The notes: generated by a model from the letters alone, not told the origin. Numbered from the stretch's first letter, positions 22,185-33,296 are shown. The stretch is 64,000 nt of DNA from Nitrospirales bacterium (GCA_965203295.1 CBDBCZ010000018.1:64001-128000), one strand, 5' to 3'. Made by a program: numbers and translations.

Positions 22185-22772
22185 TTACAACAATCCACCA
22201 ATGACACTACCTAACACATTGCTTAGGCCACCAGTCACTGTGTGAGTCAAGAACTTGAATATCCCACTCCCAACCTTCTTGATTGTATCGCCAAACGATG
22301 AACCGAGTTCAGCATGGACTGGGACGCTTGCTTCCCCCTCTATCTGGGCGCCCTGGGCTAAATCAGCAAGGTTTCCGGTCAGCTCTTTAAAAGCATTTGG
22401 AGCCTTATTGTCATCTAAGCCAAGTAGGTGATAGATGTGCCAACCGTGCCCACCATCTGCATGAGGGACAACCAAACAAGCCAGAGGGGTAGACACCTTT
22501 CCTTTGCTGACTTTAGTGCTCGCCTTTGAATCAAGGAACAGAGTTACAGGTTCATGACCATCAGTTGAGTCTATAGTGTGGGGAGAGGCAGCTAGTTCAG
22601 AGTCAAAGTGGGTCAGGATGTTGTTTATCCACGACGACTGGTTCTGATCAGCTTGCACAGTAGTATTTGAGAGTACATGATGCTCAGTATTCTCGTCGCA
22701 GTCTGGGCCAGTACACAATTTACCTCTGGCTGAGGCCATAAATAAGGTGGGAGACTCTAACAATTTCAACAT
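22185..22772 (-). CDS. ~195-aa orphan protein with a C-terminal amphipathic helix (candidate membrane-penetration/virion protein)
   Basis: Ends SSFGDTIKKVGSGIFKFLTHTVTGGLSNVLGSVIGGLL; converges on the Rep 3' end. Confidence 0.6.
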   Translation of the reverse strand: MLKLLESPTLFMASARGKLCTGPDCDENTEHHVLSNTTVQADQNQSSWINNILTHFDSELAASPHTIDSTDGHEPVTLFLDSKASTKVSKGKVSTPLACLVVPHADGGHGWHIYHLLGLDDNKAPNAFKELTGNLADLAQGAQIEGEASVPVHAELGSSFGDTIKKVGSGIFKFLTHTVTGGLSNVLGSVIGGLL

Positions 22773-22795
22773 CACGCGACCTAGCCACACCCACA

Positions 22796-23632
22796 ATGAT
22801 TTGTAGAAAAGCTACACTGAAAAGGACTAAGAAAGAGTTAGCTAGATTCAAGGCAGCGGCTGTAGAGACAGTTGAGACTGCTACACAACAACTAACCCGC
22901 GCTAGTGCAGATATCAAGAAATACAGAGCTATGACGCACTCTATCGTGATTGCAATAGTCACCCAGGGCAACAATGGTGCTAGCTTCTTGGTGGCACAAC
23001 CAGCTAAGAAGAACCTAATCGTCAAGACTGCGACAGGCGCGTTTGAAGGGTTTGAAGTCGGTGCAGAGGTGATCATACCACCTCCCACAGCCACTGAGTT
23101 GAGTGTCTTCTGTGGAGAAGAAGGGTACAAGTGTATCCCATTTACAACAGCCTTCCAGGCCACAGCTGGGTCAGACAACCTGTGGCTATCGTACAGCCAG
23201 GTGCACCAGGTCAATGGCGCTAGAGTTGGAGCACACACATTTGCATCTGTGTTCTATATCAGCCAGGAATCTGAGGATGTTGAAAACTATTACGCTGTCA
23301 CCCTTATTCCACCTGCATTTGCCAACGGCAAACTGGACGACAACGCGAGTCACGCCCCCCCATTTGCCCTGATACCGCTCAACTTTGAGGCACTTGGGTA
23401 TGCCATCTATAGAAAGGACACAGAAGGTGTCCACTTTGAAGCTGGCACTGGGAAAGTTGTAGTGACCAAAGAAGTAGATTTCATGAACCACCACCACCCT
23501 GTTAAATACACCTGGACAGGTGATTTTAAAGAAGCTATAGATGCAGCTACCAAAATTGCAGAAATGAAGCTGACTATTGGAGAACAAGGAGGTGAGCACA
23601 CCACAGGCACGAGATTGTGTAATGTACTTTAA
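22796..23632 (+). CDS. 278-aa orphan protein, beta-strand-like composition (candidate structural protein)
   Basis: Long ORF in the compact gene block; no motif recognised. Confidence 0.6.
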   Translation: MICRKATLKRTKKELARFKAAAVETVETATQQLTRASADIKKYRAMTHSIVIAIVTQGNNGASFLVAQPAKKNLIVKTATGAFEGFEVGAEVIIPPPTATELSVFCGEEGYKCIPFTTAFQATAGSDNLWLSYSQVHQVNGARVGAHTFASVFYISQESEDVENYYAVTLIPPAFANGKLDDNASHAPPFALIPLNFEALGYAIYRKDTEGVHFEAGTGKVVVTKEVDFMNHHHPVKYTWTGDFKEAIDAATKIAEMKLTIGEQGGEHTTGTRLCNVL

Positions 23633-23831
23633 ATATCTCACCCCTACAGAGGCCAAGGCTACTGCTGGTGATGCTGGGATGGAGTCAACAGACGGAGGAG
23701 AGCTAAAAGGCACCCCTGAACACCCCTTTGGGTCGCTGTGTGGACCTACATACACATCCAACATTGCTTCAGAATGGCTTACACTCTGGGAGCCACTCCT
23801 CATAGCCACACCTGTTCCGCCACAGCGCTGA
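23622..23831 (+). CDS. ~69-aa small orphan ORF
   Basis: ATG at 23622 overlaps the end of the 278-aa ORF. Confidence 0.35.
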   Translation: MYFKYLTPTEAKATAGDAGMESTDGGELKGTPEHPFGSLCGPTYTSNIASEWLTLWEPLLIATPVPPQR

Positions 23832-23916
23832 AGATACCACAGAACTTATTGGATTAGTATATTGATTGTTTGGAATGTTGTACTAGACCACACATACATG
23901 TATAGTTTGAAGTAGA

Positions 23917-24627
23917 ATGAACTGTTTAGAGAGAGAGAGCTTGGGGAGTGTGTGGGGGTACTATGCTGATGCAGATGCTGTAAACTTCCTGGATCACGAG
24001 ACACACCCACCACATCACCAGATGGATAGAGTCGGTTTAGCAGAAGCAATCGATAGGATCGGTTTTGAAGCTCTGAAATATCTCCCAGAGAGCAAAGCAG
24101 CATCCGCTGTTGAATCCTTTGTTACTCTCCATCAAAAGAAAAGAAGATTACAGGCAGCAATGTGCGCTCCCACCACGGCTAGTGTATACGTAGCCTTAGC
24201 TGAAGTTCTGAAGAACAGATACCCTACTGTGACAGCCACAGAAACAGGAAAGTGTATGGAGTATGTGGCCACCCACAAGATCCAAGAAGAGTTCAACGAC
24301 GGTAGAAGCGCAGAGATGATACACAAGCTTGAACTCCTCTTCAAACACTGTGTCAGAGAGAGTCGACAGCCCTACCACGATGCACTCAGGGTGTCTTTCA
24401 AACTCCTGGGGCATGAGGCTGAGCTGCCAGAGCACGACACTAAAACACTGTGGGGAGAAGCTATTGTCACATGTGTGGATGACAGCACAGAGTTCATTGT
24501 GCTTGTGAGAGGTCTGAGATCGTTTGATAGTGTTCCAGCTGAGTTACCAGTCGACGAGATACACCTAAAAGACTATACCCTTGCCCCGGCCCGATACGCT
24601 CTCAAGTTCTTTCCACAGAAGAAATAG
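23917..24627 (+). CDS. 236-aa orphan protein
   Basis: Long ORF in the element gene block. Confidence 0.6.
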   Translation: MNCLERESLGSVWGYYADADAVNFLDHETHPPHHQMDRVGLAEAIDRIGFEALKYLPESKAASAVESFVTLHQKKRRLQAAMCAPTTASVYVALAEVLKNRYPTVTATETGKCMEYVATHKIQEEFNDGRSAEMIHKLELLFKHCVRESRQPYHDALRVSFKLLGHEAELPEHDTKTLWGEAIVTCVDDSTEFIVLVRGLRSFDSVPAELPVDEIHLKDYTLAPARYALKFFPQKK

Positions 24628-24693
24628 AGACTACCCTGACATGTTGTGACTATCCTAGACATTATTGTGTTTGTTGTGTAGTGCGCATGCGCA

Positions 24694-25458
24694 ATGTATA
24701 AGCAGAGGTATAGGCAAAAGTGTGTTAGAGTTAGGTTTGGTGACATTTTGTCTGTTCAGCGCTCTAAAGTTGAGAAAAAAACTATGTCTAAACAGACATC
24801 ACAAGTCGACAAAATTGTGGCAGGGACGCTCGCAGCTAAGCTCGATTCAGCTGACAGAGGCTCAGTAATTGGGTTTGTCCTGGCTAACAGAACCACCCTA
24901 GAATCCCTACAGCCTGAGGAAGCCGCAAGGAAGGTCATGGAGGGCACAAACCGCGCTGATTGCCCTCAGCTCCGACACAACCTTCATTTTGCTCTAGGGG
25001 TCGCGCAGAAGCGCACAGCATCTGGAATGGGGATGGCAACCAAGAGGCCTAGGATGCATATGGGGGAGAGAGACATGCCACCTACACCCCTTGCCAAACC
25101 TGACCTCGTCACTCTCGCCCTGTGGGACTGCACAGGAGGCACGTGTAAAGCAGCACTCCTCATATATGGAGAACGCCCAACAGGTGCTAGAGCGCATGAG
25201 TACCTATTCAGTGTTGCAGACAAGTTCCCAATCTCAGGGAGCGTCGGTTCACTCGAGCACGTCATTAAAATCCTTGATGAGAATAGGCTTGAGGTCTGTG
25301 TGCGAGCTGGTGACCGCACAGTGATGATTGGAAGTCTGCTCCTGGGATTTGACGGCATCGTTGAGACAGACGTCAAGGTTGCCACTATTGGCAGTATGGC
25401 CAAAGTTACTACATCTGCAGGGGCCTACGAGTACGAAGGATACCTTACTGTGAACTAA
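24694..25458 (+). CDS. 254-aa orphan protein
   Basis: Immediately preceded by the TGCGCATGCGCA palindrome (24682-24693). Confidence 0.65.
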   Translation: MYKQRYRQKCVRVRFGDILSVQRSKVEKKTMSKQTSQVDKIVAGTLAAKLDSADRGSVIGFVLANRTTLESLQPEEAARKVMEGTNRADCPQLRHNLHFALGVAQKRTASGMGMATKRPRMHMGERDMPPTPLAKPDLVTLALWDCTGGTCKAALLIYGERPTGARAHEYLFSVADKFPISGSVGSLEHVIKILDENRLEVCVRAGDRTVMIGSLLLGFDGIVETDVKVATIGSMAKVTTSAGAYEYEGYLTVN

Positions 25459-25576
25459 AGAGCAGAACAGAGAGAGAGAGAGACAGAGACTCCCTATTGT
25501 GTAGTGTAGTTAGTGTAGTGGAAGTATACATATGTATGAGCTGTTATTAAAGATTCTCTGATAAATATCTGGTAAA

Positions 25577-25882
25577 ATGGCTGTTGGGTACATAAAGGCT
25601 GACACTGATGTCTTCCTGCGGGCTCTTGAGGCTAAAGGACAGATCTACGCACTGCTGACATATCCAAAGGAGAGTCTCACTGTTGTGTTTGCCGGGCAGA
25701 AACTGATTACTGAGACACTATATTCTGGCTACAGCAAGGCACCCATCCCTGAGTGTATGCGCGATTGGCTGACTGGAACAAGAGCGCAGATGTACACTAT
25801 AACTGGAAAAGGCCTAATGCTACATTATGGACCTTTGGAGCGCAGGAAGATTATCTTTTACACTAGTCACATGATCAAATGA
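25577..25882 (+). CDS. 101-aa orphan protein
   Basis: Two codons shorter than the left-arm copy (in-frame indel). Confidence 0.6.
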   Translation: MAVGYIKADTDVFLRALEAKGQIYALLTYPKESLTVVFAGQKLITETLYSGYSKAPIPECMRDWLTGTRAQMYTITGKGLMLHYGPLERRKIIFYTSHMIK

Positions 25883-26436
25883 AGTATAATTATTGTTTAA
25901 TTGATAAAATGGCGACACCTACTCCAACCCCCCCAAATCCTACTGTTGCTACTCTTAAACAAGTAACCAAACCTACTGTTCCTAAGTTTAAAGGGATGTG
26001 TTGGGGTACCCAAGTCGACTGTTACCCAGACGGAGAACCAGAAGACGTAGTGACGTATGCCACTCTGCTAACACCCCCTGAAGAAGGAAAGGAGTGGTCA
26101 GTGTTTGATGGCATTGACTTATTGAAGTATGCAGCTCAAGCTGAACCATCCTACGATACAGCCGCTGATGCAGTCAACTGCACTGTTGCTCGCGAATTGA
26201 AAATCACCCTTACACCACCAGTGCTCCACAGGCCTGGATGTTACATTGCTGTTCCAGCTGCGCGGACAGTACAGGTACTAAACGGTGTGAAGAGCCAATA
26301 TTACGGCATTTCAGTGTACGTTACTGTTGCTAGTAGGGGAGTCACTGCCAAAGTCTCTACCGAACTTGTTTCATCTGCTAAAGCAATCGAGAAGGTAATC
26401 GCTGAAGAACAGACAGCCACCAAGTCTGTAGTCCCA
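25879..26436 (+). pseudogene. 3'-truncated copy of the 453-aa gene, joined to tyrosine recombinase sequence
   Basis: Identity to the 12909 copy ends at GTAGTCCCA (26436). Confidence 0.85.
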
Positions 26437-27903
26437 ACTTTTGTTTCCGATTCAGGCAGTGAAGAAGTGCAGTCCACTCGAAGGAAACCAGCTCCCCAAA
26501 AAGCAACTACTCGACAGAAACCGCCCACTCCAAGGAAACCACCCACGCCTCACAAGGATCCAGAATACCAGAAAAAAAAAAACACAACATTTCCCAAGGT
26601 TTTCGAGTACGGATCCTACATTGGTTGCCTTTCATGACTACCTCACCAGTCTGGATGGGGGTAAAAGGTCGGCACAGAAGGCAACAGAGATAGTCGTTGA
26701 TATTAACAAGTACCTCCACTTTGCCAACTCTGAGGCATGCGACATGAATCTTCTCCTGGATGATGACAAGTTGAGGCAGTACATGACCAAGCTAGAGACC
26801 AGCGGGATCGGGCCAGATGGCATTGTCAGCAAGCTAAATACAATGACGTATGCACTACGATATCTATCATACCAGCATCGAAAGGATGTCAGTCAATCGA
26901 TAGTGCACGACATTGAAGTAGTAGTGCAACAGATTCAGCGCTGGAAGAGTTTGTATATGAAGCAGAAGAAGGGTCGGGCAGCAGATCGGCTCAGTGAATT
27001 TGCAGCTGAGGGCTCTCTGCCACAGACATTCCTAACTTCAGTGAAGGGCCGGAGATTGTAAGCTTTTTTGCCAACATTGTTGGCAAATGTGAAGCCAAAC
27101 GTCCAATCTCCTCCAGCGATTTTGTCTCCTCCAGCGATTTGTCTCTTGCCACTGGATTCGTAGCAGGTATATTGGTCTACAAGAACCTGCATCGAGTTGG
27201 GGCAGTCGTCGGCATGAAAGTACAGGAAATTCAACAGGCCAAGTACAAGGAACGAGGAGATCACCAGTTCCTCGTAGTCAGCGTTAAGAAACACAAAACT
27301 GCCTCGTCTGGGCGTGGTACTGTAGTGGCAAAAGATGGTGACATCACCATTGTTCAGAATTACCAAAAACTTATTCGGTCACGCATAACAAGCGACCCCG
27401 ATGGATACTTTCTGGTCAACACCCAAGGTACCAAAATCCATAATTTAAACCAGTTACTACAGCGTGTTGCAGCATTAGGTCAGGGCAAGTTCCTCACAGC
27501 CACTCAGGCTCGAAAGGTGGGGGCAACGGAGCACACACGAGGGGAGTGCTCCTATACCGAGGCAGCTGGGCTGAGCAAGCATATGGGGCATTCCTTGGCC
27601 ACAAGCAGCAAATATTACCAGGTGAATGTCACTCCAGACGAACACATTGACACATTTGAAAGGATAGCCACCCTGGGAAAGCGCAAGAAAAGAGATGCCT
27701 CACCACCCCCACCTCCAAAGCGACTAGCATGGTCGGAGAACCAAACGAAGCTCATAAAAGACTACTTTAAGGTAGCAATTGCCAGTGGTACGGCTGTTAC
27801 TCTGTCTGAAGCCAGAGACTTCCTTCGAGTGAACAATATACCTGGACGCACTCCCAAAGCGGTCCAAGACAAGGTGAAGACCATCAGAAGACAAAAGCGA
27901 TAG
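26437..27903 (+). pseudogene. Tyrosine recombinase YR1 (Crypton-like/unassigned) with a C-terminal Myb/SANT-like domain; 5'-truncated and frameshifted
   Basis: NLHRVGA (R), KKHKT (K), TQARK (R), HMGHS..SKYYQ (H, Y); C-terminus WSENQTKLI..AVQDKVK. Frameshifts at the A11 run (~26572) and near a short duplication at ~27108-27147. Confidence 0.8.
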
Positions 27904-30579
27904 AAAACAGTTTGAACTTGCACTTACAGGATTGTGTTTACTTACGTAGTATTGTTGAGTTTCCTGCATATTACCTCAAATATTACTCTGTTGGGTTAAC
28001 CTTCCACCTGCAATAAAGTACTTAGCCACGGGAACACACAAAACGGTAAAAAATAATGAGGACAATATACACAAGAACATTCAAAATATGAGGGACACGA
28101 CCTTTTTTAGGTAAGGACACCAAAAAGACTCACACAAAAGACATAAAAGGGCAGTATTGCACTGGTAGCAAAAACGGTGACACTGTCTTCTTGGGCAGGG
28201 ACACCACCAGGTTATCAAGGGACAAATGCTGCAAAAATCATAAAAGCGAAATAAAAAAGCTTGAGGGCAAAGATTAAAGTTCCTGCCAGTATTCTTTTAT
28301 GTATGGGGTTGGTATTCTTGTGACCTAATATGAAGAAGATATTAAAATTCTCATAGGAAAAAGGTTTAGAAGAGAATTAAAAAAATAATTTGATATTCAC
28401 TGTTGGAAGAATACATGCTCTCTTTTGATATGAGGTTGATGATGGTTAGGGTGAATTTTGTTTTAAATAATTTTTACAACTTTACCTCGGAGAAAATCAA
28501 GCTGACAACTTCAGCCGCTTTTGTATATCCCATAACTAAACGTTAAGAATACGTAAGTAAGGTGTTAAGGCAACTTATATCTTGTAACAAAAAGTACAAA
28601 GTGTTTGCTAGGGTAAACAGTAATGTAGATAGAGTATGTAGCAAAAACGGCAATGGCAATTGTTGTTTTGAGACAACTACATTTTTTTGGTGCGTCCCTT
28701 TCCACATTTTGTGGGGTTGTCATAGACACACCTTTCTTGAGGTCTTGCTCTGCCTTGCATTCTTCAGGTCGCTCTCTGCAGAGGAGCCATGATCTCTGGT
28801 TCGCTTCGCCTTGGTGATATACAATTGCTTAGTAGGCCTAACCCTTGCATTAAAGTAGGAGAACAATGTTTCACTGGGGGTGTCCCTCGAAGGACACAAC
28901 TTGAAACCCGAAAATTGAATTGCAGTGCTAATAGGTCTCGAGAACACTAACCCCATGCATGAAAAAAGCAGAACAATATTTTGATTGGGTGCGTCCCTCG
29001 AGGGACACAACTCGAAACCCTTGCGAACTGCAAATTTAGTGTCTAATGATCGTCGCTTGCAAAAAGTGTCCCTGAAGTGTCCCTTGAGGGACACACCTCC
29101 AAACCCCGAAATTTAAAATGCAGTCACTTCACAAAAAAACTTGCTCAGCTATGCAAAAAAATTATACCAAAATGTTCCTCTAATAGTCAGCAGTCCAAAT
29201 ATATATACATAAATATAATTTGTTCCTTTTCAAAACTCAGCCCATTTTTCACACCTCTGCGAACAGTTAGCAAACACCTCCTGGAGGTGATACAAAGGGT
29301 TTCTCAATAGATTAGAGCAATCTGAAACTTACTTTTTTTCCTGTGGCCTGTTGGAGTTTTTACCAAGTCACATGACATCACCAGATCCAGCACATGGTTC
29401 TCTGTTAGTTTCAGAAGTAAATGTGAGCTGGTTGCGAGGAGATACATACAAGAACTTTTCAAGCGAGCAAGCGGAAGAGAAGACCCAAATTTGGTATCTA
29501 AGTGAAAAAAACTCCGGAATAGATAAGATTGTGAGAAGTTTGGGAAAGTTTACATGTGTAAGAAACTTTTAAATGCAGGATTGTGTTTACAGTTGTGTAG
29601 CCACCATTTGCCTTCTCTGTGGAAGTGAAAACCAATTAAAATAGGAAGTCTACAAAAAACATACTTCCCATGCATAGTTTTCAACCAAACTTGGTATTAA
29701 TAGAGTCCACTCCATGCTAATTAACTTTAATTAAAAAATAATTAAATTTATTAACAGTTATTACTGCCAAACCATTTCTCCTGATTTTAACATACCTATG
29801 TGCAGGTTTGAGAAGTGGATGTTCGCAAATTGAGATCAGCTCAGACAAGCCGAGGTTGTGGGAAGTTTCAGGAATTTGTAGGCGTAAGTTAACTAACTCA
29901 GTAAAGTAATTAGTATAAAAGGCTATTCGAACTTCCAGGAGGAAGTGACAAGCGCTATTCTATTCCTTATTACAGACGAGTCAATCCACCATGAAGAACT
30001 GCATAGGCCGGTGGTTTGTGGTTCTGATTTTGTGTGCCTCAGCTGATGTCAGCCATCCTAGGCCAGGTGTGTTCATATTTTTAGGTCACCAAAGATGTAA
30101 TATTAAAGTCATTTAGATGTTCTTTTAGACACAGCTTTCCATGATGTCACGATGTGTGGCCCAGGCACCAACTTGGGACTGGTTCTCATGTTTGTGATTG
30201 TTGCTCTGGCAATTTCACTGGAGGTTAGTCATCGTAAAATTGCATATTCTCCATATGCAATCATGATTGGCATCCCTTGGTACTAAAAATCCTCTCAATC
30301 TAACAGAATAAAAGCAGAGAACCAGGTCATCTGAGCCAATGCCTGTTCAGAGTGAAATGGATAGCAGGTCAGCTAGAGACACTTGAGCAAATCCAAAACT
30401 TGAAGATCACTGTACTCTACCTTGTATTCAACAGACACGTTAATTTATCTGACACCAATCAAGGATATGGTTGAGGTCTGTTTGTAGTAAAACTTGGTAT
30501 TACAATTATTAGCTTGAATACAAATGCTAGAATATTTAATCTGTGTAAGACAGCTAAACATTGTGCTGGTCTGCTATAA

Positions 30580-31200
30580 GGGACTGATAGTTCAGGTGAC
30601 AATTCTTACAAGCTGCCATCTCTGGTGCTTGGGAATGACTTCTGCAAATGCAAATGTTTCATTGTTAATATTTAATTTGTTACAGACTCTCGCAATGAAA
30701 GGAGCATGGACCTGACTGCCCCATCACCTCCAGGTAATTTGTTGACGGTGATTAGGAAGACAGCTTGCTTTTAGAATTAGTATGCATTGTTAAGGAAGCT
30801 AAAACAAAAGGACTGAATAGGACTGATACTTCAAGTGACAGCCCTTATAAGCTGCCATCTCTGGTGCTTGGGAACAGCTGCTGCAAATGTAAATGTTCAT
30901 TGTTAATTTAATTTGTTGCAGACTCTCGCAGTGAAAGGAGTGTGGACCTGACTGCCCCACCACCTCGAAGTAAGTTGTTAACGATGATTAGGAAGATAGC
31001 TTGTTTTTAGAATCAGTATGTTTCATTGAGGGAACCAAAACAAAAGGACTGAATAGGACTAAAAGTTCAGGTGACAGTCCTCCATAAAGTCTACTAGCTC
31101 TCAAACATTTGTTCATCTTACAAGCTGCCATCTCTAGTGCTCCGGAACTGCTGCTGCAGATGCAAACATATCATTCTGAATGCTTAATTTCTTTACAGCC
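30580..31200 (+). repeat. Two to three diverged ~240-270-bp tandem copies of an intron/mini-exon cassette upstream of YR2
   Basis: AGCTGCCATCTCT recurs at ~30612, ~30850 and ~31123; two copies contain an AG|ACTCTCGCA...|GTAA mini-exon. Confidence 0.65.
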
Positions 31201-32372
31201 GCTCGATATGACCCAGGTATAGATCTGCTGGCTCAGTCCGGTGCAGAAAGACCAGAGGAGGATCATTCCAGCAATGCATGAGGAGAAGAAAAGGGTAAAC
31301 CCTTCTTTCCCCACAGCACCCCTTCCTGGTCAGCCTGCATGACTATCTCATCAGTCGGCATGGGCGGAGCCACTCACACAGTGAGGCGAAACAAATTTGC
31401 AACGACGTCAGCCGGTACTTGTACTTTGCCTCCCCGGAGGCATTGAAGAACCTTTTACTGGATAGCGTGAAACTCAATTCTTACTTACAGTCACTAGAGC
31501 AAACCGTCCAGCCATCTACCCAGAATGCTAAACTCAACCGAATTCGGCAGGGCATCCACTTCCTCAGCCTCGGCCTCAACACTGCAAACCTCCCCAAAGT
31601 TCAGCGGGTGGAAAGACTTATTAAGAACTGGTCAGCTGTGCTGGCCAAGTCTGCCCGCGTCACCAATCGTGAGCGCCTGGAGGACAAATCCGAAGAGCCC
31701 CTGAACTTTGGGGATGTTGACTCCTTCGTCAGCTCCAAACAGCTGGAGCAGCTGACGAAGTCGCTAGTGAGGGATGCCAAGCGTGGCATTCCCATCGATC
31801 ACGGCAACCTGCAGGATGTGGAGATATGGCTGGCAGGATCTCTTTTGCACACAAACTCCCAGAGGCCGGATGCAATTGCAAATATGACTACCGCCCAGTG
31901 CAGGAGGGCCACGGAGAAGAAGACCACACGTGTGGTGATCCGTGTCCAGCAGCACAAGACCAAGACAACAGGTTCTGCCATGATCACTGTGAAGGGAGCC
32001 CTTTTGGAGTGGCTCTCCCAGTACCTGCAGCACCTTCGCCCCCTCCTACCCGACAGTCCCATTCTGTTTCCAAATGCACGTGGGAACCCGTTTGACCATC
32101 TATCTCGCAAAGTGCAGCAGCTGGGGGAACGTTACAATCTTAAGTTACCAACGGCAACAGAAGGGCGGCACACAGCAGCAACAGCGATGAAATGTTCAGA
32201 CCAAGAGCGTGATGCTGTTGCCCTGACAATGTCACACTCCCGTGCGGTGCAGATGTCGTACTACGTAAATCTAAAATCAAAGGAAGAGGCAAGTAAAGGC
32301 TTTGACATTCTGCAAGGTCTGCGCCAGGGCAAACTGGCTGCAGATACCAAGCCCAAGCGTGTGCCATACAGC
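31199..32372 (+). pseudogene. Tyrosine recombinase YR2; C-terminal domain replaced by a Penelope-like fragment
   Basis: NSQRPDA, QQHKT, TEGRH, MSHSRAVQMSYY; similarity to the other YRs stops after KPKRVPYS. Confidence 0.8.
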
Positions 32373-33296
32373 ATCGATCGTCGCAACAAACTCAAGTCTG
32401 GCAACAGCCAACCCTCATTCACCGCAGCCGCTCACTGTTCTGTTACATTAAGGTATACATCCTGTCTTGCATTACGTATCCCGGAAATACAGCCCCACCC
32501 ACACTCGGACGTGCAATGCAGCCCCAGCCCCTCCGGGCGTAGCGACCAAGCCGACCAACCCAAGCTCCGTCAACCAGGAGACCAGGCTGCATAGCACCAG
32601 CGTTCAGCAGTTTCTCTGTGCTACACAAAGTTCACGTTCCAGGCACCTGAAGAAGGCTACTCCGTAAAGACTAAAGCCGAAACCGGTCATGCAACCTGTG
32701 AACTGAAAACTGTGCAAGACCCTCTATTGTCATACTGCATTTTTTCAAGGTATTACCAAATATCATATCAAGTTCATTCCAACAACAGTCTATTATACTG
32801 CATGAATTTTTGCATGGATGATAATATATCCATAGCATGCGTGGTAGCTAGCCTGAGTGGAAAAACTAAACCAGCTAGGCCCACTAAGTCTCCTAGTAGC
32901 AAAGCCTCTACAGCTACTCCACTCAATCCTGAGACACCAGAACCTGTAGGAAGAAAGCAGAAAAGAAAAGCTTTACCTACTAGTGGAAAAAAGCAACCAC
33001 ATCCGACATCCACTAGGAAGCAGCCAGCTTCTAAAAGAATTGTCAAGTCGGGGAAGACTCCCCCTAAACCTAACCCCACATCACGCCCTGTAACTACTAG
33101 GGTAACCAGGTCTATGAGCAAAAGCTCACACACCTGACATATCTCCAACCAACCCTCCCCAGAACAAGAAAGGCATCGCCCACACGGAAGCTTCTCCTGG
33201 TAATCCCCACACTAGTGGAGAACCAACCCCACCCCCGGAAGATCCCCTACCCACCTCTATCACTGAGGCCTTGGAAAGGGACTCCCCTTCCCCCAA
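32373..33296 (+). mobile_element. Penelope-like element 5' fragment (pLTR with hammerhead, then Ser/Thr/Lys/Pro-rich ORF start); boundaries approximate
   Basis: Hammerhead followed by an intron-like segment and a low-complexity ORF; same layout as 57810-60150. Confidence 0.55.
32643..32692 (+). ncRNA. Minimal type I hammerhead ribozyme
   Basis: gcac-CTGAAGA-aggct..agcc-GAAAC-cg-GTC-atgc; palindromic ACCGGT stem III; predicted cleavage after 32688. Confidence 0.8.

Larger units (their letters stand above)
12045..26436 (+). mobile_element. Right arm: one full ~12.9-kb unit plus a head-to-tail partial repeat of the virus-like element
   Basis: 12045-13466 recurs as a direct repeat at 24985-26436; genes are compact and overlapping; encodes an HUH-SF3 replication protein. 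Confidence 0.9.

Noticed and set aside
12045..26436. Polinton/Maverick or adintovirus
   Set aside because: No PolB, retroviral-type integrase, packaging ATPase or terminal inverted repeats recognised in a complete unit.
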